In this document: piece by piece, positions 15,508-23,925 of the stretch
How the letters are laid out: every line of letters starts with the position of its first letter
Position numbering within the stretch: the first letter of the stretch is position 1
Notes under the pieces: model-generated
What the model was told of the DNA's origin: nothing
Database searches by the model: none
What the model saw: the letters and a program-made list of their open reading frames with translations, nothing else
Made by a program: the position numbers and the translations under genes
Assembly (NCBI GenBank): GCA_048885535.1
Contig: JBHLLO010000043.1
Span: 1 to 23,925, forward strand
DNA length: 23,925 nucleotides
Direction of reading: 5' to 3'
Source: Candidatus Hermodarchaeota archaeon
GTDB lineage: Archaea > Asgardarchaeota > Lokiarchaeia > Sigyniarchaeales > SOKP01

Positions 15508-18252
15508 TTGAATCCATCAAAAATAAATGTCTTTATCACTCCGCATTTTCACTATGATTATTTATGGTGTGACACTCCGGATAGAATGGGTGTAAAGACT
15601 GCGAGGATTATAAAAGAAGCAATATTGATTATGCGGAACCATCCAAAATTTAAATTTGTCATCGATTCTGCTATGGCGATTGAATACTTTAAATTACATT
15701 ATCCAAAAATGATGAATGAACTAATAGAGTATGTCAAACAAAAAAGAATAGAATTAGTAGGTGGTATGATTGTAGCTCCTGATACATTGTTACCAAATGG
15801 AGAATCTTTAGTAAGGCAAATTCTTTATGGTAAAACTTATTTTAAAAAGAACTTTGGAATAAACCCTGAAATAGGTTATCTCTTAGATTCCTTTGGGCAG
15901 ACAGCTCAATTACCTCAAATTTTAGAAAAATCCGGATTTAAATATTTAATTTTTGGTCGAGGAGCTAGAAATCGAAATTTACCTGCAGAATTTTTATGGA
16001 AGGCACCTAATGGCTCAAAAGTGTTAGCTCATTTTATTTCAAGAACCTATAGATGGATTCCCCTTCCATTTAATGGATCATTTTTCCCTCCATTATTTCC
16101 CTTTTTTCCTGCTCTATTCACACTAAATCTAATCCCTCAGAACTTTAGAGTATATGAAATGTTAAAGAAACTATTTCCACCCATTAAATTTCTTGTTCAA
16201 ATATTAAACAACTTAAACATAGGAATACCTACTAAGATTGGAGATATGGGCGCGGGTTTGAAATATGCTATTGAAAAAAGATTGATCAATGCTACAACGA
16301 ACAATGTCCTTATCTTAAACGGAGATGACAATCTTCCTCCAAGTACAAATATTTTGGATGCAGTAAATTACTTACAAAAAAAAAATAAAAAATATAATTT
16401 AAATATAGCTTTACCAAGTGAATTTTTTCAGAAATTATTACGAGCTAAAAAGAAATTTGGAACAGTAAATAATTATGAATTCTCTGGATTTCCAGATAAA
16501 TTTGTAGGAACCTTCAGTTCACGAATGCAACTTAAACAGAAAATAAGGCGTTTAGAAAATTTATTCTATTTAACCGAAATTTTTGCTACGATTTCAAGTG
16601 TTTATAACAAGGATTATATCTATCCAAAAGAATTGATTCGTAATGCTATTTGGAGGATATTATGTTGCGATTTTCATGACGGAATACCTGGTTGTCATGT
16701 GGATGCTGTTTTTTCTAAAATTATTAAAATGTTAAAGTTATCAGAAACACAACTACATAGATCTTATAAAAAAGCAGTGGTTTCTTTAAAAAGTCTGATT
16801 AACACTTCTAAATTATCGGAGGACTCCATCCCACTACTAGTTTTTAATCCGATTTGTATTACGCGATCTGACATTACACATATTAGAATCCCAGAAAATT
16901 ATTCCTTTTTTAATATTTTCGATGAACATGGAAATCAAATAGCAATCCAAAAAGATCTCATTAATTCTAATGAAAATGAGTACGTTATAAAAGCTTCAGA
17001 AATTCCCTCAATTGGATATAAAGTTTACCAGATCAAAACAAGTGAGAATAAAGTTAAAAATGAAAATAAAACCTCAGCTTTGATTAAATACTCTTCTCAG
17101 AATAAAATATCTGAAGTAAAAAATATCAGATTTACATTAAACTTTAAGGATAATAAATTAAAGTCAATTAGTGACAGAAATAATGATTTTATAATTAGTG
17201 CCTCCAAATTTTATATTAATGACTTAAGAATATCAACTGATAGGGGTGATAGTTATCTTCATGGAAGAGTTCCTAAAAAAATTTTTACAACCTATGATAA
17301 TGAAATTGAGATATTAGAAAATGGGCAATTAAGAACTGTGATTCGACTAAAATCAAAATTAAAATGCAAAAATAAATGGTTCTTCAAACCAATTAATCAG
17401 ATTACCCAATATATTATTTTATACAATTTTGAAACGAATCGTATTGATTTCATTACGAGATTCAAGAATAAAATAAAAAATGTTAAAATCCAAGTTTGTT
17501 TTCCAGTAGGTTTTAAAAATCCAAAAATTCATTCTGAAATCCCTTATGGATTCATTGAAAGAGATATTAAGCCAGAAATTGGTAAATCATGGACTGATAT
17601 TAAAAACAAGTTTGCCCATTATGATCGAATCTTCCCTGTAATTAATTGGATGGATATTTCAGATAATGATAAAAAAGGCTTAAGTTTAATCAATTGTGGG
17701 CTACCTGAATATGAAATTGGAATGAATAAGGATATTATCTTCTTAACCCTATTGAGAAGTACTGGTCATGTAGCAAATATTTTTCCTGGAGCAGTCCCAA
17801 TGATACTTGGTCTTTTTTATGGTATTCCTAAAGCCTTAGAACTTACAAATCATGAATTTAAATATTCCATTCTATTTCATGGCGAAGATTGGAATAAAAG
17901 TAGTATTCCTACTCAAGCGTTAAGTTATAATATTCCATTATTTACTGAATTATTGAAGATTCAAGAAGGGAACATCCCTGATAATTTATGTTTTGTTAAA
18001 ATAGAACCAGAATGTTTTTTAATTAACTCAATAAAAAAAGCTGAAGAAAATCCGAATGAAATTATTATTAGGATAAGGGAAACATTAAATAAACAAAGCA
18101 CAGGCAAAATAACTTTTTTTTCCCCGATAAAAGAAGTAAATTTAGTAAATTTACTAGAAGAACCTATAAAAAAAATCAAGGTTGAACATGGAAACTCTTT
18201 TTCATTCAAATCAAATCCTCAAGATATCCTTACATTTGCTGTATCACTCTGA
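15508..18252 (+). CDS. Glycoside hydrolase family 38 (alpha-mannosidase)
   Basis: Zn motif HFHYDYLW, GESLVRQ, nucleophile LDSFG, LPQIL, FHDGIPG, TLLRS. GAGGT SD before the TTG. Confidence 0.93.
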   Translation: MNPSKINVFITPHFHYDYLWCDTPDRMGVKTARIIKEAILIMRNHPKFKFVIDSAMAIEYFKLHYPKMMNELIEYVKQKRIELVGGMIVAPDTLLPNGESLVRQILYGKTYFKKNFGINPEIGYLLDSFGQTAQLPQILEKSGFKYLIFGRGARNRNLPAEFLWKAPNGSKVLAHFISRTYRWIPLPFNGSFFPPLFPFFPALFTLNLIPQNFRVYEMLKKLFPPIKFLVQILNNLNIGIPTKIGDMGAGLKYAIEKRLINATTNNVLILNGDDNLPPSTNILDAVNYLQKKNKKYNLNIALPSEFFQKLLRAKKKFGTVNNYEFSGFPDKFVGTFSSRMQLKQKIRRLENLFYLTEIFATISSVYNKDYIYPKELIRNAIWRILCCDFHDGIPGCHVDAVFSKIIKMLKLSETQLHRSYKKAVVSLKSLINTSKLSEDSIPLLVFNPICITRSDITHIRIPENYSFFNIFDEHGNQIAIQKDLINSNENEYVIKASEIPSIGYKVYQIKTSENKVKNENKTSALIKYSSQNKISEVKNIRFTLNFKDNKLKSISDRNNDFIISASKFYINDLRISTDRGDSYLHGRVPKKIFTTYDNEIEILENGQLRTVIRLKSKLKCKNKWFFKPINQITQYIILYNFETNRIDFITRFKNKIKNVKIQVCFPVGFKNPKIHSEIPYGFIERDIKPEIGKSWTDIKNKFAHYDRIFPVINWMDISDNDKKGLSLINCGLPEYEIGMNKDIIFLTLLRSTGHVANIFPGAVPMILGLFYGIPKALELTNHEFKYSILFHGEDWNKSSIPTQALSYNIPLFTELLKIQEGNIPDNLCFVKIEPECFLINSIKKAEENPNEIIIRIRETLNKQSTGKITFFSPIKEVNLVNLLEEPIKKIKVEHGNSFSFKSNPQDILTFAVSL

Positions 18253-18336
18253 TATCACCCTAATAACATGCTCTCAATCAAATATAAATAATAAGTTGCT
18301 CTTTATTATACCAAAAAATTCACTAAGATAATCCGA

Positions 18337-19386
18337 ATGCTATTTAATATGAATTTGAATTTTGTACCTGCGATTTTTTATATTGATTTAAATGACGTTA
18401 ATGAACCAAAATCTTTTTTCTGGTACCCATTAGATTTTCCGGAGGAATATAGAAAGTTAATCGAAAAGAAATGTAGTGATATCCTTTCAACTGACCAAGC
18501 TTTTATCCCTGAAATTTTATTGATTTACCCGTTTAAACACCTAAAAACTAAAATTCTAATTAAATATTTTGAGCGAAAAAGTACTTATAATCAAGAAATT
18601 ATTAAATCTGCTATAACATTCTTATTTAAAGAAGAAGATGATATTATCTTTTATAGATATCTGAGCTACATTGATAAATATTTTGCTGAAACTACTCAAA
18701 AGATTATTGAACATGAAGAAAATAATTTTGATGATCAAAAAGCATTTGAAGAAATTAAAAAATTGTGTGAAACTCTTCATGAAACAGTTGATTATTTACG
18801 TTCTAAAAGTAATATAATTATAAAAAATGAGACAAAACCTGAGTTTTTTGAGGATTTGGGAGAAGAATCTGCAGAGAAATTTAAAGTAATTGTTTTAGGA
18901 GATCCTTCAGTAGGCAAAACCTCTACCATCCTAAAGTTTACTGATAATGTTTTTATGAGAGCATACATTCCTACCATGGGTTTAAACATAACTAAAAAGA
19001 GATTTGTTGTACAAGATAACTCGGTTGAGTTAGTTTTTTGGGATATTGGGGGGCAAAAAAAATTTGAAACCATTAGAAAACAATTCTATGAAGGGGCGAG
19101 TGCATTTCTTCTAGTTTTCGATGTAACTAGTCCAGGATCTTTTGCCAATGTCCCAAAATGGCATCAAGACCTTAAAAATCATCTACTTAATAAATCTAAT
19201 CTTGATGGTTATTTAGTAGGAAATAAAATTGATTTGATTAAAAACAGAATTGTGAATCCCATTGATGCTACAAGATTAGCAAAGGCAATGGATATTCCAT
19301 ATTTCGAAATTTCTGCTTTAACTGGAGAAAATATAGAAGAAACTTTTTTTAAATTATCTTTTGACTTATTAAATTCAGAAAATTAA
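18337..19386 (+). CDS. Rab-like small GTPase fused to N-terminal longin/uDENN-like domain
   Basis: Intact G1 GDPSVGKT, G2 YIPTMG, G3 WDIGGQ, G4 NKID, G5 SAL. The ~175-aa N-terminal alpha/beta domain assignment is inference. Confidence 0.88.
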   Translation: MLFNMNLNFVPAIFYIDLNDVNEPKSFFWYPLDFPEEYRKLIEKKCSDILSTDQAFIPEILLIYPFKHLKTKILIKYFERKSTYNQEIIKSAITFLFKEEDDIIFYRYLSYIDKYFAETTQKIIEHEENNFDDQKAFEEIKKLCETLHETVDYLRSKSNIIIKNETKPEFFEDLGEESAEKFKVIVLGDPSVGKTSTILKFTDNVFMRAYIPTMGLNITKKRFVVQDNSVELVFWDIGGQKKFETIRKQFYEGASAFLLVFDVTSPGSFANVPKWHQDLKNHLLNKSNLDGYLVGNKIDLIKNRIVNPIDATRLAKAMDIPYFEISALTGENIEETFFKLSFDLLNSEN

Positions 19387-19425
19387 TTTCCTATTTAGTT
19401 TAAAGTCATAATTCATTTTATATAG

Positions 19426-20409
19426 TTATATTAGTAATTCAAAAATATCCCTTGCCTTAGGCTGAATTTTAAACTTTTTACTAAATCGGCGGATTATCCA
19501 CCAGCAGCTAGGACAGTATGTTGTACAGTAGTCAGCTTCTGAATTATTAAAGTCTTCCATCCTTTTCTTAGCAATGGCTTCAATTACATCAGTACGTCCC
19601 ATATATCCACTTCCGCCTCCGCAGCACCAATGTGGTATTTCAACAACCTCATATCCAGTCTTCTCAAGCACTTCATCAACAAACTGATCTACTTCTTCTC
19701 TTCCTCGATTTTTGAGCTGGCAGAGATGTTGTACTGCTAATCTTCCAGATCTTTTCGTTTTTGAAGGTCTCAAGTAATCTGCGACATACTCAACTTTAAT
19801 ATCTTTATCCATCTCCTTAACATAATCTTTTCTAAAAAGATCGTAGCATGCGGGGCAAAGACAGATGATCTTCTTATATTTTTTGAATATTTCAATGTTC
19901 TCTTTTTTACATGTTTCATATTCTTTTTTTAATCCACTTACTAATAGGTGCCATCCACAACATATTTCTTTTGCTAAAATTGTAAAATCAATTCCTTGCT
20001 CAATTAAATATTGAAGAGCATGCTCGGTATATTTAGGAATTCTTATGGTGGAAAGACATCCCATAAAGAATAGCGTATCAGATTTCTCAGGAATACCTTC
20101 AGGCTTTTTTATTCGCATCTCATTTGAGGGGTAAGGGCTTCTAAATTTTTCAAAATAATCAATCATCTCACTCTTTTCTTCGAAGGTATAACCATCCGCT
20201 ATGAATTTTTGCTTTAATAAAATCCTTTCTTTTTCTGTTTCACACTCCCCACAGTGAACACAATTATAGAGTTTATAATAGTCATCTTGATTGAACTTGA
20301 TAGTATTAATGCTTTCAACCATCATTCTAACATTTTCATCTTTTATAAAGTTATCTGGGTCAACCTCCTCGGTAGGAAAGTTTTTCCTTCCTTTAATCCT
20401 TCTTTTCAT
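19426..20409 (-). CDS. Fe-S oxidoreductase with two CCG domains (HdrB/HdrD/GlpC-like)
   Basis: CX31CCX33CXXC and CX31CCX35CXXC motifs, plus a partial N-terminal ferredoxin-like motif CVHCGEC. Confidence 0.87.
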   Translation of the reverse strand: MKRRIKGRKNFPTEEVDPDNFIKDENVRMMVESINTIKFNQDDYYKLYNCVHCGECETEKERILLKQKFIADGYTFEEKSEMIDYFEKFRSPYPSNEMRIKKPEGIPEKSDTLFFMGCLSTIRIPKYTEHALQYLIEQGIDFTILAKEICCGWHLLVSGLKKEYETCKKENIEIFKKYKKIICLCPACYDLFRKDYVKEMDKDIKVEYVADYLRPSKTKRSGRLAVQHLCQLKNRGREEVDQFVDEVLEKTGYEVVEIPHWCCGGGSGYMGRTDVIEAIAKKRMEDFNNSEADYCTTYCPSCWWIIRRFSKKFKIQPKARDIFELLI

Positions 20410-20613
20410 GACTAAGACCTATTAATTAAATTGGATAAACTTATGAAAAAACAGTTCATAAATTATATTAGAAAATAATTTTTGAATTTTAAAGTAATTC
20501 TTTATAATAGTATAAAAGTTATTTAACAAAAACAAGAATTAATTTTGTTTATAAGAACTCAGTAGATTATGATAGAAATTAAGAAATAAGAAAAAGATAA
20601 TAAATATCTTATT

Positions 20614-20769
20614 TTATTTTTTTTTAACTTTTACATTCGTTCTTTGAATGCCAACTTCCTTGCTGCTAGGTAATGCTGTACCGCAGTGATCACGTTTTGC
20701 TTCGTTAACCCTAAAAGCTTTTTCTAATTCCTCTTCTAATTCCTCATCATCAATTTCTTTTTCTGACAT
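20614..20769 (-). CDS. Uncalled 51-aa microprotein (acidic N-terminus, single Cys, basic C-terminus)
   Basis: Hand translation: MSEKEIDDEELEEELEKAFRVNEAKRDHCGTALPSSKEVGIQRTNVKVKKK*. Higher GC than flanks, TATA-like CTTAAATA about 25 nt upstream, short hairpin plus T-tract downstream. Confidence 0.68.
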   Translation of the reverse strand: MSEKEIDDEELEEELEKAFRVNEAKRDHCGTALPSSKEVGIQRTNVKVKKK

Positions 20770-20853
20770 AATTAAAAAAGAGAAAGAGTAATATTTAAGG
20801 GTTATATTTATAAAAAATTGAATAAAATAGCAAAAAGGCAGTAAACAGGTTTA

Positions 20854-21222
20854 TTATTGTTCATTAAAGAACTCAAGTACAGCCTTTTCTTTTTCAACAG
20901 GTCTTCTCTCAGGTACGGTTACAAATTCTTTATTGATGTTTTCATAAAAATCAGAACGCATATATAGATTACAATAACATGCACCAAATTCTTTCACATC
21001 TAATGGAGCATATTCACATGGACAGATTAAATCACGATCTAAATCTCGTTTTCCAGAAGCAAGACGACATGGACAAGATTGATATCCATATCTTTTTTTA
21101 TTTACTACTAATCCTTCTATTAATTCATTAAATGTGTTTTGATCCTTATTTAAAATCCAATTGTTCTTTTTACTTACCTGTTTAACATATTCTTCCATTC
21201 CTTCATGAGTTTCCATATTCAT
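20854..21222 (-). CDS. Ferredoxin:thioredoxin reductase catalytic (beta) subunit-like protein
   Basis: CPCR, CPC and CYC motifs. ATG at 21222 follows the glutaredoxin stop with GGTGG SD; the track's 21237 start is an alternative. Confidence 0.92.
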   Translation of the reverse strand: MNMETHEGMEEYVKQVSKKNNWILNKDQNTFNELIEGLVVNKKRYGYQSCPCRLASGKRDLDRDLICPCEYAPLDVKEFGACYCNLYMRSDFYENINKEFVTVPERRPVEKEKAVLEFFNEQ

Positions 21223-21223
21223 T

Positions 21224-21550
21224 TTATTTACCACCATCTTTCATTAATTCTTCATATTTGTTAGGGTCATATCCTACCACAAATTTATTATCACATACCA
21301 TAAAAGGATAAGCTATTCTATCTGGTTTGTAATTTTCTCTTAAATATTCTAAGATTTTAGCCTTGTCTTGATAACTTATTTGATCGACATCAATATATTT
21401 GTATTTAATATTTCTGTCATTTAGATAAGCTTTACATTTCTTACACCATTGACAGGTGCTGATTGTGAAAATACTTACATCATGAGAATCTTTTTCACCA
21501 TCAACGTCCTTAAAATACTTCGATATAAACTCTGGAAACAATACTTTCAC
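21224..21550 (-). CDS. Glutaredoxin/NrdH-like redoxin
   Basis: TCQWCKK active site, YPF cis-Pro loop, VVGYD. AGGA directly before the GTG. Confidence 0.9.
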   Translation of the reverse strand: MKVLFPEFISKYFKDVDGEKDSHDVSIFTISTCQWCKKCKAYLNDRNIKYKYIDVDQISYQDKAKILEYLRENYKPDRIAYPFMVCDNKFVVGYDPNKYEELMKDGGK

Positions 21551-21585
21551 TCCTTGTGTTATTTTTAGATTTTCCGAATTAATAA

Positions 21586-22041
21586 TTAATTACTTTTGAT
21601 ATTTTTTAAATTTTGTTTGAAATTTGGATCTATACACTCAAAAGCTTGTTCAGTTAGTTTCCTAATATCAGTATCACAACTCTCTAAAAGAACTCCTAAA
21701 TGTTTTAATGCTCTTTTATCCCCAATCTTCATTAAACTCTCAATTATTAAAAATAGTCGAGTTTTATCTTGTTCGTTTTCTGGTTTTTCTAATTCGAGTT
21801 TTAGAAACTCTACTATTGGATTTGTTGCTTTAGGATCTTTTATTTCGCCCATTGCTTCAATAATTCTGTTAACAACGACGGGATCCTTTTCTGAATTTAA
21901 GACTTTAACAAGTAAGTTAGTAGCCCGCCCCTCTTTAAGATGACCGAGTGTTATTGCGGCGGTGGCTCTTTCCATTACTTCACCGTAAAATAAATTTTTC
22001 ATAGCTAGGTTAAACTCGTTATTCTGAGTATCAGAATCCAT
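21586..22041 (-). CDS. HEAT-repeat (PBS-lyase-like) protein
   Basis: Repeating helical units RATAAITLGHL...A, IIEAMGEIKDPKA, IIESLMKIGDKRA. Confidence 0.85.
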   Translation of the reverse strand: MDSDTQNNEFNLAMKNLFYGEVMERATAAITLGHLKEGRATNLLVKVLNSEKDPVVVNRIIEAMGEIKDPKATNPIVEFLKLELEKPENEQDKTRLFLIIESLMKIGDKRALKHLGVLLESCDTDIRKLTEQAFECIDPNFKQNLKNIKSN

Positions 22042-22267
22042 ATGATTTTAAGATGTTTGACACATTAAAATTTGATTTTTATAAATTATTAAATCTCTCA
22101 ATAAACCAGAATAATTTTGAAGCTTTTCATTAGAAATGCCTATTAACAAAATTTTTTTTTATTATAAATAAATAAAATAGATGATTAAGACCAACAAAAA
22201 CAATTTGATATAAAACCAAGGATATCTTTTATATTATTTAGATCAATATTTTAACTTCTTCCTTAAA

Positions 22268-23344
22268 ATGTCTAGCAAGTCAATTTCTATTCCACCAAAT
22301 ATATCAAACGAATCAATACTGTGTTTATCGTATTTTGATTCAATATTAGGACCTACTATCTTCTATAGTAGCTCACCTATCGATAAAAAAGAACACCCTG
22401 ATATAGGAAGAATCCTTGAATTTCAAGAACATGATGGTAGTTTCATTTTTTCTTACCGTAAATACCAAACAATTAACCACATCTTTCACCTCGAGTCCAA
22501 ATTAGCACGAGGCGGAAAGTTTCTTTTGATGATAACATATATGATAAAAGCAGCTTATTTTAAGGATGAAATTACAGATGTATATAGATATATCGAATCT
22601 AAAATACCTGAACTAGAGAGATTAGCACGTGATATCATTAATTTAAAAGATTTGCCTATAATTCTTCATACTGAAAAAGGTCGTAAAATTAGACAAGATA
22701 TTTTGAGTTTTACTTCACAGGATTTTAGAGATGAGTTTTTAGCAATTTTTTATAGATATTATCAAAAAATTTCACCTGAAATTTCTGTTCCAGCACCTAT
22801 AATTGCTAAGGGTGACTTAAAGAAATTATATATCTTTGGACCCCCCAAGTCAGGAAGGACAACATTATTGAAAAATTTAGAAGTAATACAATTTCTAGAA
22901 TATAAAGATCCTGAGAAAAAGAGAGATTTGATTAATAAAATCTATGATTTCATAATTGAGAATATTGAAATATTAACATATGAGTGTATTGAAGATAGAA
23001 ACGGAGGAGAGCACTCAAAACTCTATGAAGATTGCTTGGAGAATGCTCAAGGGTTTATTTTGATTTTTAATGCATCAAATAAAGATTCATTAAAAGACGC
23101 AATAGATATGTTTCAATTAATTTTAAATAAATGCTTAGAAAAGGGCGAATTCATGCCAGTTTTAATAATTGGCAATAAATTTTATAATAAAGAGGTAATT
23201 CAACCAGAAGAAATCTATAAACACTTTGACCTAGATGAATTAACAAACTGCGGTATGATCGTTAATTATTCAGCAATCAATGTTCTAAATGAAGATGAAA
23301 AGATTATTGAAGCTTTAAAATGGATTTTAAAGCAATTGATTTAA
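22268..23344 (+). CDS. Longin/uDENN-like domain fused to degenerate small GTPase domain
   Basis: N-terminal LSYFDSILGPTIFY and LARGG. C-terminal GPPKSGRTT, GFILIFN, VLIIGNKFY, final EALKWIL helix. Confidence 0.75.
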   Translation: MSSKSISIPPNISNESILCLSYFDSILGPTIFYSSSPIDKKEHPDIGRILEFQEHDGSFIFSYRKYQTINHIFHLESKLARGGKFLLMITYMIKAAYFKDEITDVYRYIESKIPELERLARDIINLKDLPIILHTEKGRKIRQDILSFTSQDFRDEFLAIFYRYYQKISPEISVPAPIIAKGDLKKLYIFGPPKSGRTTLLKNLEVIQFLEYKDPEKKRDLINKIYDFIIENIEILTYECIEDRNGGEHSKLYEDCLENAQGFILIFNASNKDSLKDAIDMFQLILNKCLEKGEFMPVLIIGNKFYNKEVIQPEEIYKHFDLDELTNCGMIVNYSAINVLNEDEKIIEALKWILKQLI

Positions 23345-23410
23345 ATAATTTAATCCTAATTCTAAAGTAAGAAGAGAAGGTATATTAAAAACGATAAGAG
23401 CGAAATAATT

Positions 23411-23925
23411 ATGCAAGATTTAAAGAAGTGGTTTAAGAAGGCAAGATTATTCTTAAAACTCGAGCGAGAACCCTTTGTGAGCAATCAGGATATTTTTCAA
23501 ATGGCAATCGCAGTTAGAGGTAAAAAAAACAGAAGACAATATTTTAGGATTTATCCTGGAGACGAAGATAATGACGTACGTGTAATAGATGTGGATGCTG
23601 AAAGGCAACAACTGATCCTTCTCGTAAGCGAACCTTCAAGAGAATTTCAAACTTTTGAATTCAATGAGGAAACTGGATTTTATGATAAAGAAGTAACCCG
23701 AAGGACATCCTCTTTAACTCGCAAGTATCTTGTAGGAATGGATGAAACTCATTTATTCATCTCAGAACTCCCCCAAGAAGGTGCTATAAACAAAGTTAAA
23801 GAAGCCCATAAAGTTCTCAAACCAGAATATATTATTATGAGCGAAAAGGATAATCAAAGAATAAGAAGACAGGGTGAATGGTTTTTCGTCCCGGTTACCG
23901 AGAAAGAACTGAAGTTAATTGAAAA
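23411..23925 (+). CDS. Hypothetical protein, 3'-truncated by window
   Basis: Open frame from ATG 23411 to the window end: MQDLKKWFKKARL...KYLVGMDETHLFISELP...AHKVLKP...RRQGEWFFVP. Confidence 0.8.
   Translation, partial: MQDLKKWFKKARLFLKLEREPFVSNQDIFQMAIAVRGKKNRRQYFRIYPGDEDNDVRVIDVDAERQQLILLVSEPSREFQTFEFNEETGFYDKEVTRRTSSLTRKYLVGMDETHLFISELPQEGAINKVKEAHKVLKPEYIIMSEKDNQRIRRQGEWFFVPVTEKELKLIE

Noticed and set aside
16376-16390. A10 homopolymer in GH38 as a slippage or phase-variation site
   Set aside because: The frame is intact and poly-A Lys runs are common in this AT-rich genome.
9104-21550. Selenocysteine (UGA) recoding in the redox genes, expected as a possibility in Lokiarchaeia
   Set aside because: All redox motifs are Cys-encoded, TGA stops fall at natural protein ends, and I saw no convincing SECIS-like hairpin by eye. 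A covariance search was not run.
15133-21943. Short ORFs 15133..15333, 15300..15500, 17961..18209, 18792..19073, 21596..21943
   Set aside because: Antisense or alternate-frame overlaps of better-supported genes, with no independent evidence.
1-23925. tRNA/rRNA, CRISPR array, transposase/integrase or defence island
   Set aside because: No GC-rich structured RNA, periodic repeats or mobile-element motifs seen. SfsA alone is a common housekeeping-type nuclease.

Overview
Very AT-rich, gene-dense archaeal chromosomal segment, most likely from an Asgard archaeon (Lokiarchaeia-like). This is an inference from the archaeal AlaRS, archaeal D-aminoacyl-tRNA deacylase, PDO/TrxR, Lrp regulators and three Ras-superfamily small GTPases, two fused to longin/uDENN-like N-terminal domains. 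I saw no RNA genes, CRISPR arrays or mobile elements. Main themes: (1) thiol-redox genes: an operon of two paralogous protein-disulfide oxidoreductases plus thioredoxin reductase, and separately glutaredoxin + ferredoxin:thioredoxin reductase catalytic subunit + a double-CCG Fe-S protein; (2) eukaryote-like small GTPases, including two apparently degenerate ones, one needing a CTG start missed by the ORF track; (3) a convergent pair of Cys-tailed Lrp paralogues beside a ZIP-like membrane protein and a ferredoxin; (4) two uncalled microproteins. The most intriguing signal is a proteasome-docking-like HbYX tail (-GGMYA) on one PDO. All calls are from motif reading by eye; no database searches were run.
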